This document shows, piece by piece, positions 8,504 to 16,733 of a stretch of DNA of 64,000 nucleotides. The position numbers were made by a program, and so were the translations under genes. Every line of letters begins with the position of its first letter. The first letter of the stretch is position 1. The stretch spans positions 696,235 through 760,234 of the forward strand of contig CBDDOO010000001.1 of the NCBI GenBank assembly GCA_965231905.1, read 5' to 3'. The DNA comes from Arenicellales bacterium (GTDB taxonomy: Bacteria; Pseudomonadota; Gammaproteobacteria; Arenicellales; Poriferihabitantaceae). The notes under the pieces are model-generated. The model was given only the letters and a program-made list of their open reading frames with translations, did not search any database and was not told the DNA's origin.

Positions 8504-8959
8504 ATGGCTAGGGGTGCGCGAGCAAACCGGCGCGGTCGAACGCTTGAGAATGCAATAAACGATCTTTTGAGTGAAGACTATCAGAGGGTGACTTCTGCCA
8601 GATTCTTTGCCCTTCGGGATTTGCGCCAGCCAATTTATGCCGAACAGTGCGTAATTGGCCGTGATATTTACAGCAAAAACAGGCGGGTAGACTTTATCCT
8701 GTATCATCCGCAACGCTGGCCTGATTGTCTGGTCATACAATGCAAGTGGCAAGCATCCAGTGGAAGCATTGAGGAGAAATATCCGTTTGAAGTGCTGTCG
8801 ATCCAGTTAAACGAGTTCCCTACCATCATTGTTCTGGATGGTGGCGGGTACACTAAAGGATCTGAAATGTGGCTGAAAGGGCAGGCAGGAAAGAACAAAC
8901 TGCTACACGTCTTGAGTCTGGGAGAAATAAGCCGTTTCCACAGTCAAGGCCGAATTTAG
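8504..8959 (+). CDS. putative restriction endonuclease (small PD-(D/E)XK-like protein, 151 aa)
   Basis: The ATG at 8504 overlaps the TAG of the restored methyltransferase frame. RVDFILYHP...CLVIQCKWQASSGSIEEKYPF fits a D...(E/Q)xK nuclease core. The ORF-track start at 8423 lies within the methyltransferase C-terminal coding region. Confidence 0.5.
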   Translation: MARGARANRRGRTLENAINDLLSEDYQRVTSARFFALRDLRQPIYAEQCVIGRDIYSKNRRVDFILYHPQRWPDCLVIQCKWQASSGSIEEKYPFEVLSIQLNEFPTIIVLDGGGYTKGSEMWLKGQAGKNKLLHVLSLGEISRFHSQGRI

Positions 8960-8961
8960 AC

Positions 8962-8988
8962 TTTGGGATCGTCAAGTATATAATTCCC
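8962..8988. repeat. IS right terminal inverted repeat
   Basis: Exact reverse complement of 6649-6675. Confidence 0.9.
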
Positions 8989-8996
8989 TAAATTAT
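8989..8996. repeat. target-site duplication, right copy (TAAATTAT)
   Basis: Identical to 6641-6648. Confidence 0.8.
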
Positions 8997-9069
8997 TCAA
9001 GGGTTCATCATAATCGTTTATGAATGGTTTATGCATATATTGTTTACAGATAATGGCTGTACCCGCTAA

Positions 9070-10926
9070 ATGATCGAGTCGATTCAACTGACCTTTGAAA
9101 TGGGTGTGGTCATGGTCATTCTGCTGCTGACCATCTGTCTGTTTGCGTTTGAAGTGGTTCGGGTGGACGTGGCCGCCATATCAATCATGGTTCTGATCGG
9201 CCTTACTTCTCTTGTTCCCGGTTACGACGGGCTGGTCGGAGTGGATCAACTGTTCAGTGGTTACTCCAGTAACGCGGTGATTTCGATCATGGCGGTGATG
9301 ATTATCGGGGCCGGAATGGACCGGACCGGCATCATGGGGCAGCTCGCGTCCAAAATCCTGAAAATCGGCGGCAGTACGGAAGGCCGGGTGATCCTGATTA
9401 TTTCCAGTGTGGTCGGAGTCGTTTCCAGTTTTCTGCAGAATATCGGCGCCGCCGCGTTGTTTTTGCCGGTCATCAACCGTATTGCCAGACGGGGGAATCT
9501 GCCGATTTCACGGTTGTTGATGCCGATGGGGTTTTGCGCCATTCTGGGTGGAACCATCACCATGGTGGGGTCAAGCCCGCTGATCCTGCTCAATGACCTG
9601 ATCGCCAACTCGATAGTGGAGTCGGGCGGTGGTGGAAGCCTGTACCAGTTTGGTCTTTTTTCGGTGGCGCCTATCGGTATCGCGCTGCTTTTATGCGGAG
9701 TCTGTTATTTCGTATTCCTGGGTCGATTCGTTCTTCCGGTGATCAAGGATAAGCCCGGTGAGTCCGGTAATATGCTGAAATACTTCCGGGATGTGTATGG
9801 CATAGAAGGAGAGGTTTATGAATGTGTCGTTACCCGGGACAGTCCGCTGGCTGCCACCACGCTGTCAGAAATTGACGCCGCTGGCAGGGCAGGCTGGATC
9901 ATTGCCATGAAAACCGGAAATGAGGTCGTGGTGGCGCCAAAGGGGGACTCTGAAATCTGGGCTGACAGTGAACTTGCCGTCATGGGACGCAGGGACGCGG
10001 TTTACCGGTTTGCGGAAGAAAACCGTCTTGAAATCAAACATCAGATGGATGTGTTCGCTGAACTGTTAAGTCCCGGCAGTTCAGGGATTGCTGAAGTCGT
10101 TATTCCGCCGGACTCTTCGGTAATCGGCAAAACCACCCGGGAGATTGCTCTCAGAAGACGCTATGACGCCACCATATTAACGGTTTTCCGGGTTGATGAC
10201 GTGATCGACACGGGTATAGCCGAACTGGCTTTGCAGGCCGGGGACACTCTGGTTCTGCATATCAAGTGGGAAAATCTGGGGGCGATTTCCGACAACAATG
10301 ACTATGTCGTGGTAACCGACTTCCCGCGTGAAAATCTGCGTCCCGAAAAGCTGAAATATGCCTGCGGGTTTTTTGCGCTCACCCTGTTTCTGGTTATTTT
10401 CACCGATATCCGTTTGTCGGCAGCATTGATGACTGGCGCGGTCGGCATGATTTTATGTGGTGTGATCAATATCGAGGAAGCCTATCGGTCGATAGGCTGG
10501 CAAAGCGTGTTTTTGCTCGCCAGCCTGATACCGCTCGGCATCGCAGTGGAAAGCAGCGGCACCGCGGCCTGGGTTGCCCAGCAGGTGCTCTATTATATGG
10601 GGGACGTGCCGATATGGGCGCTGCAAACTGTGCTGGCAGTGATGGCAACCATATTTACCCTGGTGATATCCAATGTCGGGGCGACCGTACTACTGGTTCC
10701 GCTGGCCATCAATATCGCCATTGGCGTGGGCGCGAACCCGTCCGTATTCGCATTGACGGTAGCCCTCGCGACCTCAAACTCCTTTCTGATCCCCACCCAT
10801 CAGGTTAACGCGCTGATCATGGGACCCGGAGGGTATCAGGTCATGGACTTCATCAAGGCCGGGGGCATCATGACCGTGATGTTTATCGCCGTCATGATCT
10901 CGATGCTCAACTGGCTTTATATATAG
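9070..10926 (+). CDS. SLC13/DASS-family anion permease with two central TrkA-C (RCK C) domains
   Basis: 618 aa. Polytopic N- and C-terminal halves flank a soluble ~200-aa insert with TrkA-C-like repeats (IAEVVIPPDSSVIGKT..., LQAGDTLVLH). Confidence 0.75.
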   Translation: MIESIQLTFEMGVVMVILLLTICLFAFEVVRVDVAAISIMVLIGLTSLVPGYDGLVGVDQLFSGYSSNAVISIMAVMIIGAGMDRTGIMGQLASKILKIGGSTEGRVILIISSVVGVVSSFLQNIGAAALFLPVINRIARRGNLPISRLLMPMGFCAILGGTITMVGSSPLILLNDLIANSIVESGGGGSLYQFGLFSVAPIGIALLLCGVCYFVFLGRFVLPVIKDKPGESGNMLKYFRDVYGIEGEVYECVVTRDSPLAATTLSEIDAAGRAGWIIAMKTGNEVVVAPKGDSEIWADSELAVMGRRDAVYRFAEENRLEIKHQMDVFAELLSPGSSGIAEVVIPPDSSVIGKTTREIALRRRYDATILTVFRVDDVIDTGIAELALQAGDTLVLHIKWENLGAISDNNDYVVVTDFPRENLRPEKLKYACGFFALTLFLVIFTDIRLSAALMTGAVGMILCGVINIEEAYRSIGWQSVFLLASLIPLGIAVESSGTAAWVAQQVLYYMGDVPIWALQTVLAVMATIFTLVISNVGATVLLVPLAINIAIGVGANPSVFALTVALATSNSFLIPTHQVNALIMGPGGYQVMDFIKAGGIMTVMFIAVMISMLNWLYI

Positions 10927-10951
10927 GATCGGGTTGTTCCACTGGTTCGTC

Positions 10952-10973
10952 GGACAGGCACGGAGACCTGTCC
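10952..10973. terminator. stem-loop between convergent genes (GGACAGG-N8-CCTGTCC)
   Basis: A 7-bp perfect stem lies between the ends of the SLC13 gene and the fumarase gene. There is no clear U-tract. Confidence 0.3.
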
Positions 10974-11056
10974 CTACGCTGTCGATTGCGAGCCATGATG
11001 CACAGGGGCGACCCGCTGTGGTCGCCCGTGATGGATGGCGCCTGAACGGGCAGGTC

Positions 11057-12580
11057 CTACGCTGGTTGCGGCGCCTTTACATTCAGTTTTTGCTTCCAGA
11101 TTTCAGGGGCGGTATGGTGAACCGATTGTCCGTTACTGTCGACGGCGACGGTGACCGGCATTTCATCCACTTCGAATTCATAAATCGCTTCCATGCCGAG
11201 GTCCTCAAACGCCACTACTCTGGCAGACCGGATCGCTTTCGACACCAGATAGGCGGCGCCGCCGACCGCGATCAGATAAACCGACCGATGGTCCCTGATT
11301 TTGTTGATCGTTTCCAACCCTCTTTCCGCCTTGCCGATCATTCCCAGTATGCCCATCTCGTCCAGCATCAGATCAGTATACTTGTCCATCCGGGTTGCGG
11401 TGGTCGGGCCGGCCGGACCGACCGCCTCATCACCCGTTGCATCGACCGGGCCAACGTAATAGATGAACCTGCCGGAAAAATCGATGTTATTCGGCAGGGG
11501 TTTGCCCTGTGCATGGTATTGGGCAATTCTTTTGTGAGCCGCATCTCTGCCGGTCAGGATTTTCCCTGATAACAGCAAAGTCTGCCCCGGCTGCCATTTC
11601 CTGATGTCTTTCCGCGTGACCCGGTCCAGGTTGACTGGAATCGTGCTATCACTTTTTTCCAGGGCGATGTCCGGCCAGTCAGACACCCTGGGCGGCTCCA
11701 GAGTGGCCGGGCCTGAACCATCCAGCACGAAACGGGCATGACGGGTGGCGGCGCAATTCGGAATCATCGCCACCGGCAGTGAAGCGGCATGGGTCGGGTA
11801 TTCCTTGACCTTTACGTCCAGAACCGTGGTTACCCCGCCAAGACCCTGGGCGCCGATTCCAAGCCGGTTCACCTTGTCGAACAGTTCCAGCCGCAGTTCT
11901 TCGGCCTGATTGGATGGCCCCCGGTCAATCAATTGCCGGATATCGATATGCTCCATCAATGCTTCCTTCGCCATCACCATGGCTTTTTCAGCGCTGCCGC
12001 CAAGCCCGATACCCAGAATCCCCGGCGGACACCATCCCGCGCCCATTTTCGGAACCGTTTCCAGCGCCCAGTCGACGACACTGTCACTTGGATTCAATAT
12101 GGTGAATCGGGATTTGTTTTCAGACCCTCCGCCTTTGGCGGAAACAGTGACTTCGAGGGTATCGCCGGGAACTATTTCAGTATGGATTACAGCCGGAGTA
12201 TTGTCCTGCGTGTTCTTCCGCGTGCGATACGGCGGCGAGACAATCGAGGGGCGCAAGGGATTGTCGGGATTGAGGTAAGCCTGACGTACCCCCTGGTTGA
12301 TCATGTCATGCAGCGATAATTGCGTATCCCAGCGAATATCCATACCCACTTTCAGGAATATCACAACGATTCCGGTATCCTGACAGACTGGTCGTCTGCC
12401 TTGTGCGCACAGCCTTGAATTGACCAGGATCTGGGAAATCGCGTTTTTAGCCGCTTGCGATTGCTCGCGTAGCCAGGCCTGATGCATGGCCTCCACGAAA
12501 TCCGGGGGGTGGTAAAAGGAAATATACTGAAGTGCGTCCGCCACACTTTGGATGAGGTCGTCTTGTCTGATTACGGTCAT
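11057..12580 (-). CDS. fumA: class I (Fe-S) fumarate hydratase
   Basis: 507 aa. The N-terminus reads MTVIRQDDLIQSVADALQYISFYHPPDF, and the CQDTGIV motif is present. The N- and C-terminal domains are fused. Confidence 0.9.
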   Translation of the reverse strand: MTVIRQDDLIQSVADALQYISFYHPPDFVEAMHQAWLREQSQAAKNAISQILVNSRLCAQGRRPVCQDTGIVVIFLKVGMDIRWDTQLSLHDMINQGVRQAYLNPDNPLRPSIVSPPYRTRKNTQDNTPAVIHTEIVPGDTLEVTVSAKGGGSENKSRFTILNPSDSVVDWALETVPKMGAGWCPPGILGIGLGGSAEKAMVMAKEALMEHIDIRQLIDRGPSNQAEELRLELFDKVNRLGIGAQGLGGVTTVLDVKVKEYPTHAASLPVAMIPNCAATRHARFVLDGSGPATLEPPRVSDWPDIALEKSDSTIPVNLDRVTRKDIRKWQPGQTLLLSGKILTGRDAAHKRIAQYHAQGKPLPNNIDFSGRFIYYVGPVDATGDEAVGPAGPTTATRMDKYTDLMLDEMGILGMIGKAERGLETINKIRDHRSVYLIAVGGAAYLVSKAIRSARVVAFEDLGMEAIYEFEVDEMPVTVAVDSNGQSVHHTAPEIWKQKLNVKAPQPA

Positions 12581-12691
12581 TGTGAGTTTTCGGAGTTGAA
12601 TTGTGGATTTGAAGGTAACTTGATTCTATTATCGCGTACAATACGCTTCGATTAACACTCTGTCGTTGAGCCCTGGAATCTGTAATCCGTA

Positions 12692-15058
12692 GTGAAGCCC
12701 TGTCCTGTCATCGCGATCTTCCTGTTTTGTTGTGTAGTCAGTGTATCATTTTACCCGGATACCGCTGCCGGACATCATCTGGTTGAGCGCTATCGGCTTG
12801 ATTGCAGCGAAGATTTTCCCTGCCCCGAGCCGTTGCGCCGACGTATTGATTTCTGGATACAGGTGTTCAAGGATTGGGGCAAGGAGACTGCCGTTTTTCA
12901 CAATCCGGATCACCCTGAGCGAGTCTACTCAGTCGTCCGTACTGGCAAAGGATGCAGCAGGAGCGTCCGGAAAAAGATAAAAAAGGAACGGAAGCGCCTG
13001 AAGACCGCGCTATATAACGCCGCCCACAAAATCGAGTCCGGCGGAAAATTGAGCTCTGAGGAACAGCATCTGGTTGCATTGTTCCCGGACAGGAACCCCC
13101 GGCGCGTGCGGCGGGCGGGAGAGAACATCCGTTGTCAAAGCGGGGTCAGAGACAGTTACATCGCAGGTTTGAGGAGATTTCAGGCTTATCATCCAATGGT
13201 GGATTCGGTGCTGGCTCAATACAAGTTGCCCTACGATATCCGCTATCTGCCCTTTGTCGAATCCTCGTACAATCCGGCAGCCTGGTCCAGGGCGGGGGCG
13301 GCGGGGATGTGGCAGATCATGCCGAAAACGGCAAGAAATCTGGGGCTGGAACTCAATGCCGCGATTGACGAACGCCTGGATCCGGAGGCATCGACCCATG
13401 CGGCCGCCCGCTATCTGGTGGAATCCAGAAAGACCCTGACCGAGGTGGCCAGATCAATTGACCCAAAGATCAAGAGCCAGGAAATCAATCCGTTCATCAT
13501 TACTTCCTACAATTATGGAGTAAACGGAATGCGCCGGGCGATCCTGAAGGTGAAACCGGATTACATGACGGTATTGGGGAAGTATAAATCGCCAAGCTTC
13601 CAGATTGCAGTCAAGAATTTTTATTCGAGCTTTCTGGCAGCCAGACACATCGCGAAAAATCCAGCCGCCTGGTTTGGCGAGATCAACCCCGACCAGGCAT
13701 CCCGATACCAGACCCTGGTTCTGAAGCGGGGCGCCTCGGTTGATCGGATCAAATCGGTCTTTGGTCTCCGGGAGAGCGAATTGAAGCCACTGAATCCGGC
13801 GTTGACCCGATTTGTCTGGAATGGGTGGCGGCTGATTCCGGCTGGTTACCGGCTCAAGCTGCCCGACCGGGCGGATGGCTATCGGTCCGCTCTCGCCCGG
13901 CTCGAAACCCTGCCGGCGGAAGCATTCGCTCCCGGAACGGACAGTTATGTCGTGCGCAGGGGAGACACCGCCTGCGGCATAGCGCGGGCGCTGAAAGTCA
14001 ATTGCCGACAATTGATCGATATCAATCGCCTGGGGAAAAAGGCGCTGATCCGGGTCGGACAGAAGCTCGCGATTCCCCGCAAACTGGCAGTGCTTTCGGA
14101 GGCCGGCGGCAAGAACCTGATCACCCGGGTGTCCAACACGGTCAATCCGGCTGTTCATACGGTTCGGCGCGGCGACACCGCTTGCGGGATTGCCGAACGG
14201 TATGGCGTTAAATGCCGGTTGTTGATCAGCACCAACAATCTGGACAGAAGGGCGACGATCCGGATTGGTCAAAAACTGACCATCCCCGGCGTTGCCGGAA
14301 ATCCGGGAGTGGTGGTATTGAATGAAAATAACCGGTTTATCGTTCGCCGGGGCGACACCGCCTGTTCCATCGCCGAATTGCTTTCGGTCAGTTGCCGGGA
14401 ACTGCGGAAAATCAACAAATTGAGCGGCAGGGCCACCATTTATCCCGGACAGAAACTGAAAGTTCCGGGACTGGTCGTTCCCGATACCACGGAAACGGCT
14501 GCACAGCTTGCCCAGGTGGATCAGGTGATTACAGAAGTCAATCAGGTTCCGTCAGACAACGGTCAGGGGGGGAAGGTCTTCGAAAGTCCGTCATTGACCA
14601 ACCTGCTCGACACCTTGCCGGATCTGAGTGTGTCGGTGAGCGAATCATCGGGAGAACCGGTATACAGAATCCGGGTGGAAGCAGATGAAACCCTGGGGCA
14701 CTACGCCGACTGGTTAGGTCTGGGATCAACCCGGAAGCTTCGTAAACTGAACAACACGACGGCCAAACGACTGCGCATCGGACAATCCCTGAAACTGCCG
14801 ATCAAATCCGGTAATGCTGTACAGACCTTTGAACAAAAGCGAATTGAATACCATCATGTTTTAAGCGAAGAGTTAAAATCGCACTATACCTTGACCGGGG
14901 TCCGGAAGCGCCAGGTCAGACCCGGTGAAACCCTGTGGTCGCTTTCCAATGAATTCGGTTTTCCTGTGTGGCTGTTCTACAGGTTGAACCCGACATTGGA
15001 AATCCGCCAGTTGCAGGCCAACCAGACCATACTTCTGCCGAAACTACAGAAGAAATAG
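12692..15058 (+). CDS. mltD: membrane-bound lytic murein transglycosylase D-like protein with five LysM domains
   Basis: GTG start and a signal or anchor sequence. The SLT catalytic region reads ESSYNPAAWSRAGAAGMWQIMPKTAR. Five LysM modules occupy the C-terminal half. Confidence 0.85.
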   Translation: MKPCPVIAIFLFCCVVSVSFYPDTAAGHHLVERYRLDCSEDFPCPEPLRRRIDFWIQVFKDWGKETAVFHNPDHPERVYSVVRTGKGCSRSVRKKIKKERKRLKTALYNAAHKIESGGKLSSEEQHLVALFPDRNPRRVRRAGENIRCQSGVRDSYIAGLRRFQAYHPMVDSVLAQYKLPYDIRYLPFVESSYNPAAWSRAGAAGMWQIMPKTARNLGLELNAAIDERLDPEASTHAAARYLVESRKTLTEVARSIDPKIKSQEINPFIITSYNYGVNGMRRAILKVKPDYMTVLGKYKSPSFQIAVKNFYSSFLAARHIAKNPAAWFGEINPDQASRYQTLVLKRGASVDRIKSVFGLRESELKPLNPALTRFVWNGWRLIPAGYRLKLPDRADGYRSALARLETLPAEAFAPGTDSYVVRRGDTACGIARALKVNCRQLIDINRLGKKALIRVGQKLAIPRKLAVLSEAGGKNLITRVSNTVNPAVHTVRRGDTACGIAERYGVKCRLLISTNNLDRRATIRIGQKLTIPGVAGNPGVVVLNENNRFIVRRGDTACSIAELLSVSCRELRKINKLSGRATIYPGQKLKVPGLVVPDTTETAAQLAQVDQVITEVNQVPSDNGQGGKVFESPSLTNLLDTLPDLSVSVSESSGEPVYRIRVEADETLGHYADWLGLGSTRKLRKLNNTTAKRLRIGQSLKLPIKSGNAVQTFEQKRIEYHHVLSEELKSHYTLTGVRKRQVRPGETLWSLSNEFGFPVWLFYRLNPTLEIRQLQANQTILLPKLQKK
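13946..14467 (+). repeat. three near-identical LysM modules (coding repeats) within mltD
   Basis: The modules lie at 13946-14077, 14156-14287 and 14336-14467. Each encodes x-V-RRGDTAC-x-IA....V.C..L...N.L......I..GQKL..P. Confidence 0.8.
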
Positions 15059-15062
15059 CGCT

Positions 15063-15881
15063 TTGAGCTTCTGTCAAAAACTATCGGCCAGCTGGCGCAG
15101 GCAACACTCACTGCTCTGTGTCGGACTGGATCCTGACCCTTCGATCCTGCCGCGTTCACTGAGAGACGGTGACAGCCCCCTGTTTGAATTTAACCGGGCG
15201 ATCATTGATGCAACGGCCGGATTTTGCTGTGCGTTCAAGCCCCAGATTGCCCATTATTCCGCTCACCGGGCAGAGCGTCAGCTGGAGAAAACCATTGATT
15301 ACATCAAAACCCGTTATCCCCTGATTCCGGTCATTCTAGACGCCAAGCGTGGTGACATAGGCGCCACTGCAATCCTGTATGCCCGGGAAGCCTTTGTGCG
15401 TTACAATGCCGATGCCGTTACCGTCAATCCTTATATGGGGGGAGACACGTTGGACCCGTTCCTGTCCTTCGCGGACCGGGGGGTGATCGTGCTTTGCAAA
15501 ACCTCGAACTCCGGGAGCGGGGACATCCAGGACCTGGCTGCCGCGGGCAAGGAGGTTTATGAGAGGGTGGCTGATCTGGCCGTCAACAGTTGGAACGCGA
15601 ATAACAATGTCGCTTTGGTGGTCGGCGCCACCTACCCGGAAATCATTGGCCGGATTCGACAGATTGTCGGTGACATGCCGTTACTGATTCCCGGTATCGG
15701 TACCCAGGGCGGAGACGTTGAATCCGTGCTGGTCAATGGATTGACCGCGGACAAGACCGGGTTGGTGATCAATGTTTCCAGGGCCATTATTTATGCCGGC
15801 ATCAGCGACCGGGACTTTGCCAGGGCTGCGGCCGACAAGGCCGAACAGTTGAATCGGGAAATCAATCAGTTGCGGGCCTGA
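15063..15881 (+). CDS. pyrF: orotidine 5'-phosphate decarboxylase (type 2)
   Basis: The LLCVGLDPD and DAKRGDIG motifs are present. A TTG start is implied. Confidence 0.9.
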   Translation: MSFCQKLSASWRRQHSLLCVGLDPDPSILPRSLRDGDSPLFEFNRAIIDATAGFCCAFKPQIAHYSAHRAERQLEKTIDYIKTRYPLIPVILDAKRGDIGATAILYAREAFVRYNADAVTVNPYMGGDTLDPFLSFADRGVIVLCKTSNSGSGDIQDLAAAGKEVYERVADLAVNSWNANNNVALVVGATYPEIIGRIRQIVGDMPLLIPGIGTQGGDVESVLVNGLTADKTGLVINVSRAIIYAGISDRDFARAAADKAEQLNREINQLRA

Positions 15882-15888
15882 GCGTTCC

Positions 15889-16731
15889 GTGGCCTTCAAT
15901 GCCAAAATGAATACTCAGCATAAAATCCAGTCCGACGGCAGCCGGGTCGGCCTGTTCGTTACCTGCCTGGTTGATTTGCTGCGTCCGCAGATCGGCTTTG
16001 CCGCGGCCCGGTTGATCCAGTCCTGCCAGCGCCGGGTTTTCGTTCCGACCCAAAGCTGTTGCGGCCAGCCGGTTTACAATGCCGGGGATGAAGCGAAAGC
16101 CGCTCAACTGGCCAGGCAGAATATCGAGATTTTCGGATCATTCGATTATGTAGTGGTTCCGTCCGGCTCCTGCGCGGCGATGATCCGGGAACATTACCCG
16201 AAGCTGCTCCGGGAAGATGCCGACTGGTATCCGAAGGCGCGCGACATGGCGGAGAAGACCTTCGAGTTGTCCCAGTTCCTGGTCGATGTCATGAAGGTCG
16301 AACCGGTTGCGAAGACCACTGATATGGAGGCTACTCATGACTGGCGCGATACGAAGGTCACCTATCATGATTCGTGTTCCGGGTTGCGGGAACTCGGTAT
16401 TCGCAACCAGCCCCGAACCCTGTTGCGGAAAAAGGCCGGAATCAGTCTGGATGAAATGACCAATTCCGAAATCTGCTGTGGGTTCGGCGGTACCTTTTGC
16501 GTCAAGTTTCCGGAAGTCTCCACGGCCATGGTGGATGACAAGATAGCCGGGATCCATCAAACCGGGGCGGAATTGTTGCTGGGCGGGGATCTGGGCTGTC
16601 TGATGAATATTGCCGGAAGATTGAAAAGAACCGGGAGCCGGGTCCGTGTCCTGCATTACGCCGAGTTACTGGCCGGGGACGACGTCATTCCCGCGGGGGC
16701 CGGACCCGACCAGCCGATTGCCGGTGAGTAG
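15889..16731 (+). CDS. lutA: lactate utilization protein A, (Fe-S)-binding CCG-domain oxidoreductase
   Basis: VGLFVTCLVD and two CCG-type cysteine motifs (CCGQPVYNAG, CCGFGGTF). The start is uncertain (GTG at 15889 or ATG at 15907). Confidence 0.8.
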   Translation: MAFNAKMNTQHKIQSDGSRVGLFVTCLVDLLRPQIGFAAARLIQSCQRRVFVPTQSCCGQPVYNAGDEAKAAQLARQNIEIFGSFDYVVVPSGSCAAMIREHYPKLLREDADWYPKARDMAEKTFELSQFLVDVMKVEPVAKTTDMEATHDWRDTKVTYHDSCSGLRELGIRNQPRTLLRKKAGISLDEMTNSEICCGFGGTFCVKFPEVSTAMVDDKIAGIHQTGAELLLGGDLGCLMNIAGRLKRTGSRVRVLHYAELLAGDDVIPAGAGPDQPIAGE

Positions 16732-16733
16732 CG

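Larger units (their letters stand above)
6649..8988 (+). mobile_element. IS1595-family insertion sequence carrying a methyltransferase and a nuclease as passenger genes (2,340 bp)
   Basis: It has perfect 27-bp terminal inverted repeats, an 8-bp direct repeat of flanking DNA and an IS1595-type transposase inside. Spot GC is lower than in the flanking DNA. Confidence 0.85.

Noticed and set aside
13955-13963. RGD tripeptides in the LysM repeats as adhesion motifs
   Set aside because: They are part of the conserved LysM core (R-G-D-T), so they are most likely structural and coincidental.
13454-14272. 272-aa ORF on the - strand
   Set aside because: It is antisense to the LysM region of the mltD-like gene.
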